Source: Hyphochytrium catenoides (Eukaryota; Protista; Hyphochytriomycota). Taken from it: a stretch of DNA of 33,828 nt. Made by a program: the position numbers and the translations under genes. Under the pieces are notes generated by a model, which saw nothing but the letters and a program-made list of their open reading frames with translations, did no database searches and was not told the DNA's origin. Location: the NCBI GenBank assembly GCA_900088475.1, contig FLMG01000044.1, positions 1 through 33,828 of the forward strand, given 5' to 3'. Below, one piece after another: positions 23,601-33,139 of this stretch; the stretch's first letter is position 1, and every line of letters begins with the position of its first letter.

Positions 23601-25798
23601 GTTTGGAGAGATGCAGAGCCATGGCCTCGGAGTGGATAAGCGATGGCTTGACTCTAAGTACGCTCTTATTAAGAGAAAACTAGCCTGCTTGGCTCAGGCG
23701 ATACAGTCTTCTTTACCTTCTGACTTGCAGACTATTCCTCTAGGACAGCTGCTTGGCACCAAGAAAACCGTGTCAGACCTACTACTGCGACTCGGCGACG
23801 GTCTAATGTGTCTTGGGAAGAAAGAGGACGAAGGGTCTGTGAGGAGCGGCATCACGGGTGGCCTCCATCAACCTCACGCAAGTGAGGAAGATACTCGGAC
23901 TGACAGCATTGGCTTGCTTCTTTCCTCATCTTCACTTCCCATCGCAAAGCTAATTGCTGAGTATCGGGCCCTACGCCAAATAAGCAACCGGTACCTCCTC
24001 CCCACTCTCCGCTCGTTGACGTGGCTGCCACATCTAGGAATGTACCGAGTCATTGGGATCCTGGATGAGTGCACGGCGACAGGGAGAATAATAGTCTCCT
24101 CTCCCTCCCTCCAGAACTTCCCCGCTGTCGGAAAGTCCGATATTACATTCAAGCCCGCTACCCAGCCATCTCTCCACCAGGAGCATAAGGAAGCAGCTCT
24201 ACGGGAGGAGACAGAAGGAGCGGTGGAGACTAAGGTTTGGGTGTGCAACGCTGCTAATGAGAAAAGGGTGAGAGGAGTTCTAGTAGACTTCTGTCCAGGG
24301 CGCTCCATATCTTCGGTGCTGGTACCCTATCCAGTAGCTGAAGCAGTCAACGAGCATGACGGAGGTGCAAGTGATATGATCTCTGTGGCTTCTTATTGGG
24401 AGAAGCATGGATACGCTTACACAGATGAAGATAGAGCGTTGATCGGCACCGCTACTGTTCAATTAGGAACTTCGGATGGTTCTAAGGACTTGTGCTATCC
24501 TGCTGATAGAGTGTACAGGGTAGCTGCTCCTTTTCGTTTGCAGAAGAAAGAGTTCCCAACAGATATAGGAAATGATAGTGATATTCCTTCCGTTCTCGTC
24601 GCAGACAGAGACGAGAAGGAGATCCATCTGGTTCTACGCAACTGCTTCTATTCACAGAGAAGCTATCACCTAGTATCTTTCGACTACTCCCAGATGGAGG
24701 CCAGGATAGCTGCCCATCTTTCCTCTGCTACCTCGCTGATCGAGCTCTTTAGGGCGGAGAAAGACGTCTTTCGGGTCCTAGGCAGCCGGTGGTACGCGAC
24801 AACGGAAGAAGAGGTTACGGAGGAACAGCGGGGACGCCTAAAGACTCTATTCTATGGTACAGGCTGTCTGTCAGCGCCCGCGTGACCCTCTGAATTACAT
24901 GGTTTTTCTACTGGACACCATTGGGCTAGACCCTTTCTGCGTCTTGCTATCACCTGCCTGATGACGCTCTTATCTCCTTACCATGAATCGTGTTCTGATA
25001 TTAGGAATTCTGTATGGGATGGGATTGAAGACCTTGGCATCATCACTCTCAGTGTCGATGTTGGAGGCTGCTGAATACTTGCGGAAGTTCGATGAGCTGG
25101 TACCAGGCCTTCAGAAGTTCATATCAGGTAGAGAAAAGAGGAAGAGAGACTGTCGTCATAGTAGTGAGCCGTCTTACATGATGAAGCTATATTTGTCTCA
25201 GGAGCTGTTTAGGATATTAGACTTTGACTTGCTGAGAGTCCTCGTCGTTTAGATGAACTTGATGCTGGAATGCTGTGCTGACGAGTCCCACGGCTGTTCC
25301 CCCTTGGGTTCTCTCCTCTGTGAGACAGGAGTAAAACTAGACTGTGAGAGAAAAGGCTATGTCGAGACGTTGCTGGGTAGAAGACGATGGTTACGAGCAA
25401 TCGGCTCAAAGGAAAGAGAAGAAAGAAGTCAAGCAGGCCGTCAAGCATTCAACACCCTCTGCCAAGGCTCAGCTGCTGATATTCTGAAAGTGGCAATGAT
25501 CAACATCCATCGTCTCTTGCTTTCTCCTGCAGCAGAGAGGCATGGAACCAATGGGGAGAATAGCGAAAGGCAGCATAGAAGGGTGCGGCTACTACTCTCT
25601 GTCCATGACGAGTTGCTTTTCGAAGTGCCTAACGAGGCCCTTGAGGAAGTAATCCCCGTCATAAAGCAGGAGATGGAAGGCGCTGTGCTGCTGAAGGTGC
25701 CTTTAAGGGTCAAAGTCTCGATAGGCAGGCGGTGGGGCAGCCTATCCAAATACTCTGACATTGACAAAAGTAAGGAAGATGATGACCTAGCTGCCTAG
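17665..25798 (+). CDS. POLQ: DNA polymerase theta (Ski2/Hel308-like SF2 helicase fused to family A polymerase), ~1969 aa, 20 exons: 17665-17736, 17809-17892, 17961-18087, 18173-18248, 18320-18410, 18479-18895, 18990-19109, 19191-19437, 19517-19551, 19610-19828, 19952-20128, 20244-20284, 20345-20438, 20495-20818, 20988-21146, 21342-21413, 21665-22316, 22547-24856, 25005-25127, 25329-25798
   Basis: Helicase motifs [44 protein letters not shown] and QMAGRAGR. Polymerase motifs TATGR...LQNFP, A ([16 protein letters not shown]), B ([14 protein letters not shown]), [20 protein letters not shown] and C (VHDELLFE). Exons sum to 5910 nt in frame with GT-AG introns. The true start may lie on an upstream exon, and a further in-frame 57-nt intron at ~18543-18599 is possible. 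Confidence 0.95.
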
Positions 25799-26644
25799 TG
25801 AGCGGAGGCACATAGAGTAGGCAGAAAGTAATGGCACCTCCTTGTTGGACACTTGTTGAGTCAACGGACAAGGCCGGTGACTTGTTGGCCACTGAGTGTG
25901 ACGCTAGGATTGTACAATAAGCTCTAAAACGAGACTCTGTGGCCGATGTATTGTGAGCAAGTGCAGAAGCATTGGTGATTTAAGGCTTGTGTGTGGATGA
26001 TGATCAGGGAATGGAGAAGGTCACATCCGAGAAGCAAGCTATGGACAGGTTGCGTTGATCCAGGAGATGGTCCTGCCCCCATGGGGCTAGCCATGCTTAG
26101 ACTGGACAGATCGGAAGGTAACGACAGAATGAGGTCAAAGCTTGATGTTTGTTAGAACGTAAGCCCCGAGGTCACAGCGATTGACCAAGAACGGTCCTAT
26201 AAAGAAGTATCCCTCGTGAGCGTAAGGCTACATGCTTCCTCCCGATAGCTGCCGCGCTTCTCCCTCTCTCTCTTTATCTGCTAACGAAGAAGGGAATGTC
26301 TTCTACCTTCTCCCTCCTTGCACCAGACAGTTCTAATTCTTTATTGGCCAGTGTCTACTTCTCTTCCAGCAAAGCGAGGCTGAGCACAAGCTCCATGTGA
26401 AGCTTCAACTAAGGGCGATGGCCGATGGACCAGGAGAAGAGCTGCGGATGACCGAGAGAAACGAAAGCTTCTTGGTAGTCATTTGAGCGCTCGAAAGGCT
26501 TGATATGTGGTTGAGTACTTTTCCACATTAATATAGTCAGCTAATGATCCGTTTCTTAGAGGTGTGTTTGGAGGGAAAGTGCGCATTGTGGTTGAAGTTC
26601 CAAAGATTACCTTGGGTTCTGATCGAGGAAGCTCTGAGCATCCC

Positions 26645-26648
<4 letters not shown>

Positions 26649-26691
<43 letters not shown>

Positions 26692-26760
26692 AATGAGAGA
26701 GAATGAGAATGAGAATGAGAGAGAATGAGAAGTGAGAGAGAGAGGAGAGGCAGAGAGAGA
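26649..26760. repeat. (GA)n plus (GAGAAT)n compound microsatellite
   Basis: Perfect GA run followed by gagaat hexamers. Confidence 0.9.
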
Positions 26761-27159
26761 CAGAAGGTTTACATTCAAAACTGTCCTCCTTCCCTCTCGG
26801 GAGACCTTGGAACGCTGGCTGTGTATTTCGTCTGCACCTCCCTAGAGACCGCAGCCTGCTCCAGGAGGATAGAGGTCCACGTCAAGTTCCTCTTAGAGAC
26901 GAAGCATTGAGCGGCGAGTCGACTGCCGTCCAGCCTTCCCAGCGTCGAGTCCGTGGCTTATCTTGGAGAACAGCAAAAGAGCTGGGAGACAGGACAGACC
27001 TTCTTCTCCTTGAAGGTTGCTTGCTTAGATGTTTGCGCTGTAAATCTAGATCAACCCGAACTCAGAAGCAGAGAGGAGACTTAGACAGCGAAAGAGAGAA
27101 GACAGAGAGAGTGAGACAGAGAGAGGGAGAGGAAAAAAGAGAGAAAGAGATTTGGCAAC

Positions 27160-29040
27160 ATGACCTCGATGGATCCTTCCACCTCCCCAGCTGCTTCTGT
27201 CTGTTCTGACCCTTCACTCTCTTCCCATCCCTCTGTCGAGTGGGCGGTCACAATGGTCCTTGAGCCGGTGGTCCGGCAAGAGTTCGCCCGTCTCTCTTCT
27301 ATGAGACTCTTTGTGGACCTACCGAAGCGAGTCGACAGCTTTCTGCTGTTCATCATTCAGAACTTCTACTCTAGCTTCCAAACATTCACCCGTGCTGAGG
27401 TCTTACGTGTGCTCGAAAGGCTGAATGACGAGCTAAAGAGTCAACAGGAAGAAGGGGCAGACTCTCTCGTCAACGAACGTCTGAAAGAGAGACCTGGAAG
27501 AGGGACCAATGAGCAGGAAAAGGAAGGAGAAGAGAGCGCTCACACCGGAGAACAGGAAGGTTCTAGCGCCGTAGGAGAAGCTACTCTCTCCTTACAAAGG
27601 ACCTCCTCTTTCCTGCCGGCTACTGCCCACTCAGAAGATGAACAAGGAGCACCAGAAGGTCCCTGCAATGGAGACGAAGAAGCAGAAATAGCAGGAGGAC
27701 GTACTGGCAAGAGGAAAGAATCTCACGATAGAGAACGGGAAACTCCTAGAGAAAGGGAAGCACTGGAAAGGAGAGTAAAAGGGATGGAAAGCGTTGTCGT
27801 GGACAAGGTTGTTGAAGAAACGCAAAAGGGAAAGGGAGAGGAGAGAAAAGGAAGGAAGAGACACGGAGCCACCACCAGCAGGGAGGAGGTTGGCAGGGAG
27901 AAAGTAAGGTCCAATAGGGCAGCCGAGGTCTCTTCTCTCTCCTCATGTCCGTCTTGGTCCAGGAGTCCATCTTCTCTATCCCTTGCCGCTTCCCGAGTTT
28001 CTCCTCTCGGAGAGATGTGGCTCTGTGGCTTTTGTGACGCTTCTAACGGGAGCGAAAGTCCTCACTGCTTTGCTTGCCTTTACTCGCGAGACAAGGCACA
28101 GGTTTCGGATGTCAGGTCTTTTATCTCTCGTCCTTCCTTTCCTCCAGAACCCTCCGATATCTGCCTTGTCTCTCTTCCGACTTGTCCTCCACCGTCCAAA
28201 GAAGTGGAGGGCGCAAGGGGATGGCTCTGTTCAGACTGCCTTCTGCTCAATAGATCCAATGCGCCAAGTTGTCTCGTGTGTGACGCGCTGCACCCTGCGA
28301 GAGAAAGACAACGAGACCCCGGTCCCTGTACCACTTCGTCTCTTCCTACGGCCGATGATACCTTCTCTGTCCTAGATGAGGGTGATAGGATGACGGAGAA
28401 CGTTACATCTCTTGACATAAGCCTGACCGGGGCCTTCGTAGAGGAAGAAGAGGTAAAAGTTGAGGAGTTCAGAGGAAAAGCTGAGAAGTCTGTATCAGGT
28501 CCATCCCTTCCTCTTGACTCTTCCCTGACTTTCTTGTCTCAAGCGGTTGTCACCGAGAGCAGACCCCCAGTGGCTACGGGTGAGCCTCTTTGTGAGTCTT
28601 TGCCGATCGATTTCGTCTCTAGTGCGCCACTGTCTTCCGGGGAAGGTGACAGTGCCTTTACTGGCTCTTTCCATTCTCCTACTCCCTTAACCACATTGGG
28701 CCACAGAATGCAGTGGGGAGAGTCTGGACAATCATCCTCACTCAGCAACGGAACAAGACAACAACGAGAGGAGATCAAGACGACAGCCGAGGAAAGAATC
28801 AGCGATAGAGCACGAGATCCCCGAGCGCCAAGGGTCAACAGACTTGAGAGCAGTTTGCCGCCTCCTCCCGTCGAAGCAGGGCGTCCCTTGCCACCCGCCC
28901 CACCCGGAACTTTGTCAACTTCACCTTCAGAGTCATGTTGTCCAGATAAGACACCCTCTCCGCCCCTTTCTCTCTCTCACACAAGGCCTTGCTGTGGTCG
29001 GTCCTTCTTCTACTTCTCCGCGGTTATGCGCCTGGGATAG
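27160..29040 (+). CDS. Largely disordered protein with two RanBP2/NZF-type zinc fingers (probable 5' part of an E3 ligase gene)
   Basis: WLCGFCDASNGSESPHCFAC (28018-28077) and WLCSDCLLLNRSNAPSCLVC (28222-28281) match W-x-C-x2-C-x3-N-x6-C-x2-C in a 626-codon ORF. Confidence 0.8.
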   Translation: MTSMDPSTSPAASVCSDPSLSSHPSVEWAVTMVLEPVVRQEFARLSSMRLFVDLPKRVDSFLLFIIQNFYSSFQTFTRAEVLRVLERLNDELKSQQEEGADSLVNERLKERPGRGTNEQEKEGEESAHTGEQEGSSAVGEATLSLQRTSSFLPATAHSEDEQGAPEGPCNGDEEAEIAGGRTGKRKESHDRERETPREREALERRVKGMESVVVDKVVEETQKGKGEERKGRKRHGATTSREEVGREKVRSNRAAEVSSLSSCPSWSRSPSSLSLAASRVSPLGEMWLCGFCDASNGSESPHCFACLYSRDKAQVSDVRSFISRPSFPPEPSDICLVSLPTCPPPSKEVEGARGWLCSDCLLLNRSNAPSCLVCDALHPARERQRDPGPCTTSSLPTADDTFSVLDEGDRMTENVTSLDISLTGAFVEEEEVKVEEFRGKAEKSVSGPSLPLDSSLTFLSQAVVTESRPPVATGEPLCESLPIDFVSSAPLSSGEGDSAFTGSFHSPTPLTTLGHRMQWGESGQSSSLSNGTRQQREEIKTTAEERISDRARDPRAPRVNRLESSLPPPPVEAGRPLPPAPPGTLSTSPSESCCPDKTPSPPLSLSHTRPCCGRSFFYFSAVMRLG

Positions 29041-30131
29041 AGAGCAATCCAGCTGGGCTAACGGCTTGCGAACCGTGTTTGCCGTCTTCCACGTCTTCCC
29101 GGGCTGCCGCTCTTCCTCCTTGCAACCCTTCTCAAGCTCATTCGATGTCTTCTTTTAGTCTGTCTGCGCCTCCAGGTGCTGCTTCGCATCTCTCTCCCGG
29201 AACGCCGCCGTCTTCTGCCTCTCCCGTTCACATCTCTTCCTCCATGTCGCCCTCTGCTATTTGCATTGCCCCTCCTATCTTTAGGTATAGCTCCATCTCA
29301 GTCATCTCTGCGGCACCCGCTCCTCAGATCACTATCTCTCCTCCAACCTTTACTCTGCCCCCGTCGAGGCCCATACGCCCTCTTCCTCGCCAGCATGCCT
29401 CGTCGCCGGCCTATCTCCTCTCCAGTTCGTCGTCCGGTGGCGCTGGCTTTGGCTCGGGCTCATCCCTCTCTCTTTCTGCTACTGATGCCCCGTTGGCTCC
29501 CCCTACGGCGTCTCTTGTACCCATCACCTTTGCCAACTTGTCCCCTGAAGCTGGAGGCAGGCCAGGGACAGTTCGTTCTCTGTTTACTTTCACTTGTCCT
29601 TCTGTACCTCTAGGTGCTCCGGCAACTAGCAGCACTTCTTCGCCAGCGCATCGCCTCAGCGAAGAGAGCGCAGGTTTACCCTTTCCCTCGTCATTTGGCC
29701 CTGATGCCATAACGAGTCGCCCTTGTCGTCAACATCGGAGACCCAACGTTAGAAGACAGAGGATCGTCGGACGGAAGCAGGGTGCAGGAGAGTGCTCAAG
29801 ATCTTCTGACCCCGAAGCAAGCAGCTCAGCTTCTGCCACCAGAAAAGACGCCAGAAAGAGTGCGAAGAAGGGAGGCTGTCTTGACGTCTCTCAGAGAAAG
29901 CATCATGCGGAGCACGATGAAGACGTCTGTGCGATATGTACAGAAACCCTGTCCTCTTCCCGTTATTATCAACTACATCGCGCAGCTAAGGGAGAGAGAA
30001 GAGCTCATGCTTTTCATTTCTCCTGTCTTCAGGCATGGTTTGCCTTCAAATATGACGGTCGCAGTCCAAGGAAAGTAGAGTGCCCGCTTTGTAGGACCAT
30101 ATGTTATTATAACTGGGGAAGGCAGTGGTAG
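28950..30131 (+). CDS. S/P-rich region with C-terminal RING-H2-like finger (probable 3' part of the same gene, different frame)
   Basis: CAICTETL...HAFHFSCLQAW...CPLCR at 29928-30095. The frame is open from 28950, overlaps the previous ORF and has no ATG at its 5' end. Confidence 0.75.
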   Translation, partial: DTLSAPFSLSHKALLWSVLLLLLRGYAPGIESNPAGLTACEPCLPSSTSSRAAALPPCNPSQAHSMSSFSLSAPPGAASHLSPGTPPSSASPVHISSSMSPSAICIAPPIFRYSSISVISAAPAPQITISPPTFTLPPSRPIRPLPRQHASSPAYLLSSSSSGGAGFGSGSSLSLSATDAPLAPPTASLVPITFANLSPEAGGRPGTVRSLFTFTCPSVPLGAPATSSTSSPAHRLSEESAGLPFPSSFGPDAITSRPCRQHRRPNVRRQRIVGRKQGAGECSRSSDPEASSSASATRKDARKSAKKGGCLDVSQRKHHAEHDEDVCAICTETLSSSRYYQLHRAAKGERRAHAFHFSCLQAWFAFKYDGRSPRKVECPLCRTICYYNWGRQW

Positions 30132-31142
30132 ACTGAAGCTCTTTTTGCTTTTCAACTCTTCTTTCTCTCTTATTCTCTCTCCCTCTCTTCATCTAGGCGT
30201 CCTTCTGTTCTTTCTTTCTTTTTCTCTCTCTCTATCTCCGTGTCTCTTTCATTTTATTCTCTTCTGTCTCGCTCACTATCCCTCTGCTTCCCAAGCATTT
30301 TCTTCGCTTTCTTGGTTGCTTTGGCAGGTTTTCAGTAGATCCTAAAGCTTTAAAGGTTAATAGATAGAACGCGCGCCACCTATAAACGGCGTCTCCTAGC
30401 ATAGGGCACAGGGACTGCTAGGATCCTAGCATCTGCAGAGTGCTCAGGCATAGACCTGTGCATTGCTTTATAAGACGTAGTTAGTGGAAGTCCTGCGTAC
30501 GAACAGACCGAGTAGAGTCTGCAACCAGTCTCTATGCTATTTGGCATCGGAGTACGAGGAGGTTGCTAGGAAGGGGAATCTTAGGATTGAAACCAGTTTT
30601 GGGAAGAAGCCCTAGTGCCCCTAACCATCCTCCTGTCCTTCTTTCCCTTGGCGGGCGCTCCAATCCCACTCTGAATCTTTTCACTCCTTTCAAGGATTGG
30701 CCTTCCCTGGTCCGCTGCTTGTCCAGTCCAGCAAGATATCCAAGCTCCACCTCTTTGGAATGCACTTGCTTCACTTTCTCCTTCTTTTTGAACATTGCCT
30801 CTCCTTTTATGGGAGGCTCTCTCACTCTAGGGCAAGTTGCAGATTGGGCGATCGTCAAAGATGCTGATGAGTTTCGTAAAGAGCTGGGTCCAGCCACGTC
30901 TGAAGTCCTTTCTTAAGTTTGAGCTTGACCTTAGCATATAATGCGCTTTGGTGGTCTTCCCAAGGTTTCTGGGCTTTGGCAAGTCCTAAGGCCGTCTTCG
31001 TGCGATTGAGCTGAAGAGGTTGAGAATCAGCGCTTCCTTCTCCAAGAATCGGGAGAGAACAAAGACGAGCTAATGACTCTAAATATGCTAACGGTCTCCA
31101 AAGATGGTGCAATTGTCCGGCTACTTATAGTGGAATCCGGAT

Positions 31143-31318
31143 AGCAGCACCAGAGCAGAGCAGCCCCGACACGAGCAGCAGCAGCACTGCGTCAGCAGCG
31201 TCAGCAACAGCACGAGCATCTGCAGCGGCAGCAGCACAAAGTCAGCGGCAGCGGCAACGAAAGCCACAGTGGCAGCAGCAGCAGCAGCATCATCATCATC
31301 CATCATCATCATCAGCAG

Positions 31319-31349
<31 letters not shown>

Positions 31350-31415
31350 AGCAACACAGTCAGCGGCAGCGGCAACGAAAGCCAGAGTGGCAGCAGCAGC
31401 AGCATCATCATCCAT

Positions 31416-31448
<33 letters not shown>

Positions 31449-31666
31449 CATCATCCATCATCATCATCATCAGCAGCAGCAGCACACAGTCAGCGGCAGC
31501 GGCAACGAAAGCCACAGTGGCAGCAGCAGCAGCAGCAGCATCCATCATCATCATCAGCAGCAGCAGCACACAGTCAGCGGCAGCGGCAACGAAAGCCACA
31601 GCGGCAGCAGCAGCAGCACACAGTCAGCGGCAGCGGCAACGAAAGCCACAGTGGCAGCAGCAGCAG
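31143..31666. repeat. Composite minisatellite: 5 copies of gtcagcggcagcggcaacgaaagccacagtggcagcagc separated by (CAG)n/(CAT)n
   Basis: Core copies start at 31241, 31359, 31489, 31573 and 31623. Confidence 0.92.
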
Positions 31667-31682
31667 AAGAAGAATAAAAAAA

Positions 31683-31850
31683 ATTTCCGTTAAGTTGCGT
31701 GTCTTCTAAGGCAACAGGCATTGCGAATTTCAAACCTACTCTGCTTGTAAATTGCAGATGGCTCTGGCGCGAGAGAGGCGAAGAAGTTATGCCCAGGTTC
31801 CCCCTCACGAGCCCTATCCCAGTCTTGAAGACACGCAACTTAACGGAAAT
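31683..31850. repeat. Perfect 24-bp inverted repeat (31683-31706 / 31827-31850), 120-nt spacer
   Basis: atttccgttaagttgcgtgtcttc is the exact reverse complement of gaagacacgcaacttaacggaaat. Confidence 0.95.
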
Positions 31851-32640
31851 GATCCCCCGCCAATGCCGGCCTCTATCAGAAGCACAGTCACTATCGCAGG
31901 AAGCGGTCTTCCCAATAGAGGGACGAACCACGCTAATGTTCATGCGAACGAGGCAGTGGGCGTCGATACTACCCCTCTTACACGCGAATCTGCGGCAGAT
32001 GGTGTTCGTCATCGCGGAGACTTCGGCCAGAACATATCGCCCGTTGAGGGAGCTGAGAACCTCCAAATCTTCTGCGAGGAATGATACAGGAGAAACAGAA
32101 GGTATTGTTAGTGGCTCATTGCAGCATCGCAATGGTACAGGTAAAAAATGACACCTTCTCTGCCAACCTCAGGAACCCTGATGCAGGTTGTAGAAGAGAC
32201 GGCACCTTTCCCTTTGGCTGAGGAGGACAACAGCAGCTTTCCTGAAGTGCAGTTAGACCTAGATGACCCTCTATTTGTCGAGGCAGCAGATGCTGCAGGT
32301 GAGAGGGCAAGCCAAGAACCAGAATTGAAGTGAGCCTTGAGCATCACAAAGGACTGCTATAAATACTATAAGCTCTTCCTCTTCCATCTGCTTCCTCCTT
32401 CTCTCTCTCGTTTCTGAGTCTCCTGTTCCTCTTACAATTGCCTGGCTGTTCCTTCCTCTACTAGAAAGAGAATACGTTCGGCGACCGCAGCGGCCTCTTG
32501 GTCAGGAAGCAGAGAAAGAACAGCAGCACACTCGGCTGCATGCCGAAAAAAGAGAAGAGCTGGGGACTACTAATAACAGGACCAGCAATCAGGGCAGCGG
32601 GAGTCCCGCTTGTGTTGGTGACCTGGGTGGGCATCTAGGG

Positions 32641-33139
32641 GTGGAGACAAGAGGAGGAGAAGAGGTCCAAACAAGCTGCTCTTCTAGCGTACCAGCTCCT
32701 GCTCCCACCACGACGGCTGCGGTTGGTGAGACAGTGTCGTCCTCAACTTCGCTCTCCATGCCGGATGCGATTGGTTCGCAGCGGCAGCAACAAGGAGATC
32801 TCTCGAGTTATTGCTGGAAAGTGTCATGGAGCAGGTTGTGCAACGGCTTTTGGCTGCCATTCCTGGAGCAGCTCCACCTACTGCAGCTCTGCAAGGCGCA
32901 GGCGCTGCCGCTTCAAGATCTGCTGCTCCAGCAAGAGTAGAGGTTCTTTCAGCAGCGGCGTCTCCTCCTCTGCCCTCTGGAGGAGCTGGAGGCGTGGTGG
33001 GGAAGCGAAAGTATACTTTCACTGCCGAAAGCTTGACCACGATTGTGTAGGAAATGTGGCCAGCTCAAAAGGGGCCATAAGTGTACCACTGAAAGTACAT
33101 GAGTTCGGGCAAAATAGTATCTATCGTGAGCTATTATAA
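32641..33139 (+). pseudogene. Possible frameshifted coding remnant
   Basis: Protein-like segments alternate between frames (SSSVPAPAPTTTAAVGE...; LLESVMEQVVQRLLAAIPG...KRKYTFTAESLTTIV*EMW) with stops. Confidence 0.3.

Noticed and set aside
9196-25798. Alternative genetic code or stop readthrough to explain the fragmented ORF track
   Set aside because: All breaks in the conserved genes are resolved by GT-AG introns, and TAA and TAG are used as normal terminators (TGA ends the 1485-2762 ORF).
28964-28970. Slippery heptamer CCCTTTC as a -1 frameshift site
   Set aside because: It is not in the register of the upstream ORF (codons there are ccc ctt tct), so it cannot act as X XXY YYZ.
29004-29057. 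2A/StopGo-like peptide LLLLLRGYAPGIESNPAG at the start of the RING frame
   Set aside because: It resembles (D/G)(V/I)ExNPGP but lacks the essential NPG-P ending (it has NPAG), so ribosome skipping is not expected. Probably chance, though its position on the upstream ORF stop codon is curious.
30864-30895. Hammerhead ribozyme core (CTGATGA)
   Set aside because: No stem II followed by GAAA and no closing helices found.
31241-31666. CRISPR array
   Set aside because: Spacers are simple triplet repeats of unequal length, there are no cas genes, and the context is eukaryotic.
30532-32333. Short ORFs flanking the minisatellite as intact genes
   Set aside because: Fragmentary, frame-switching and motif-free; at most decayed remnants.
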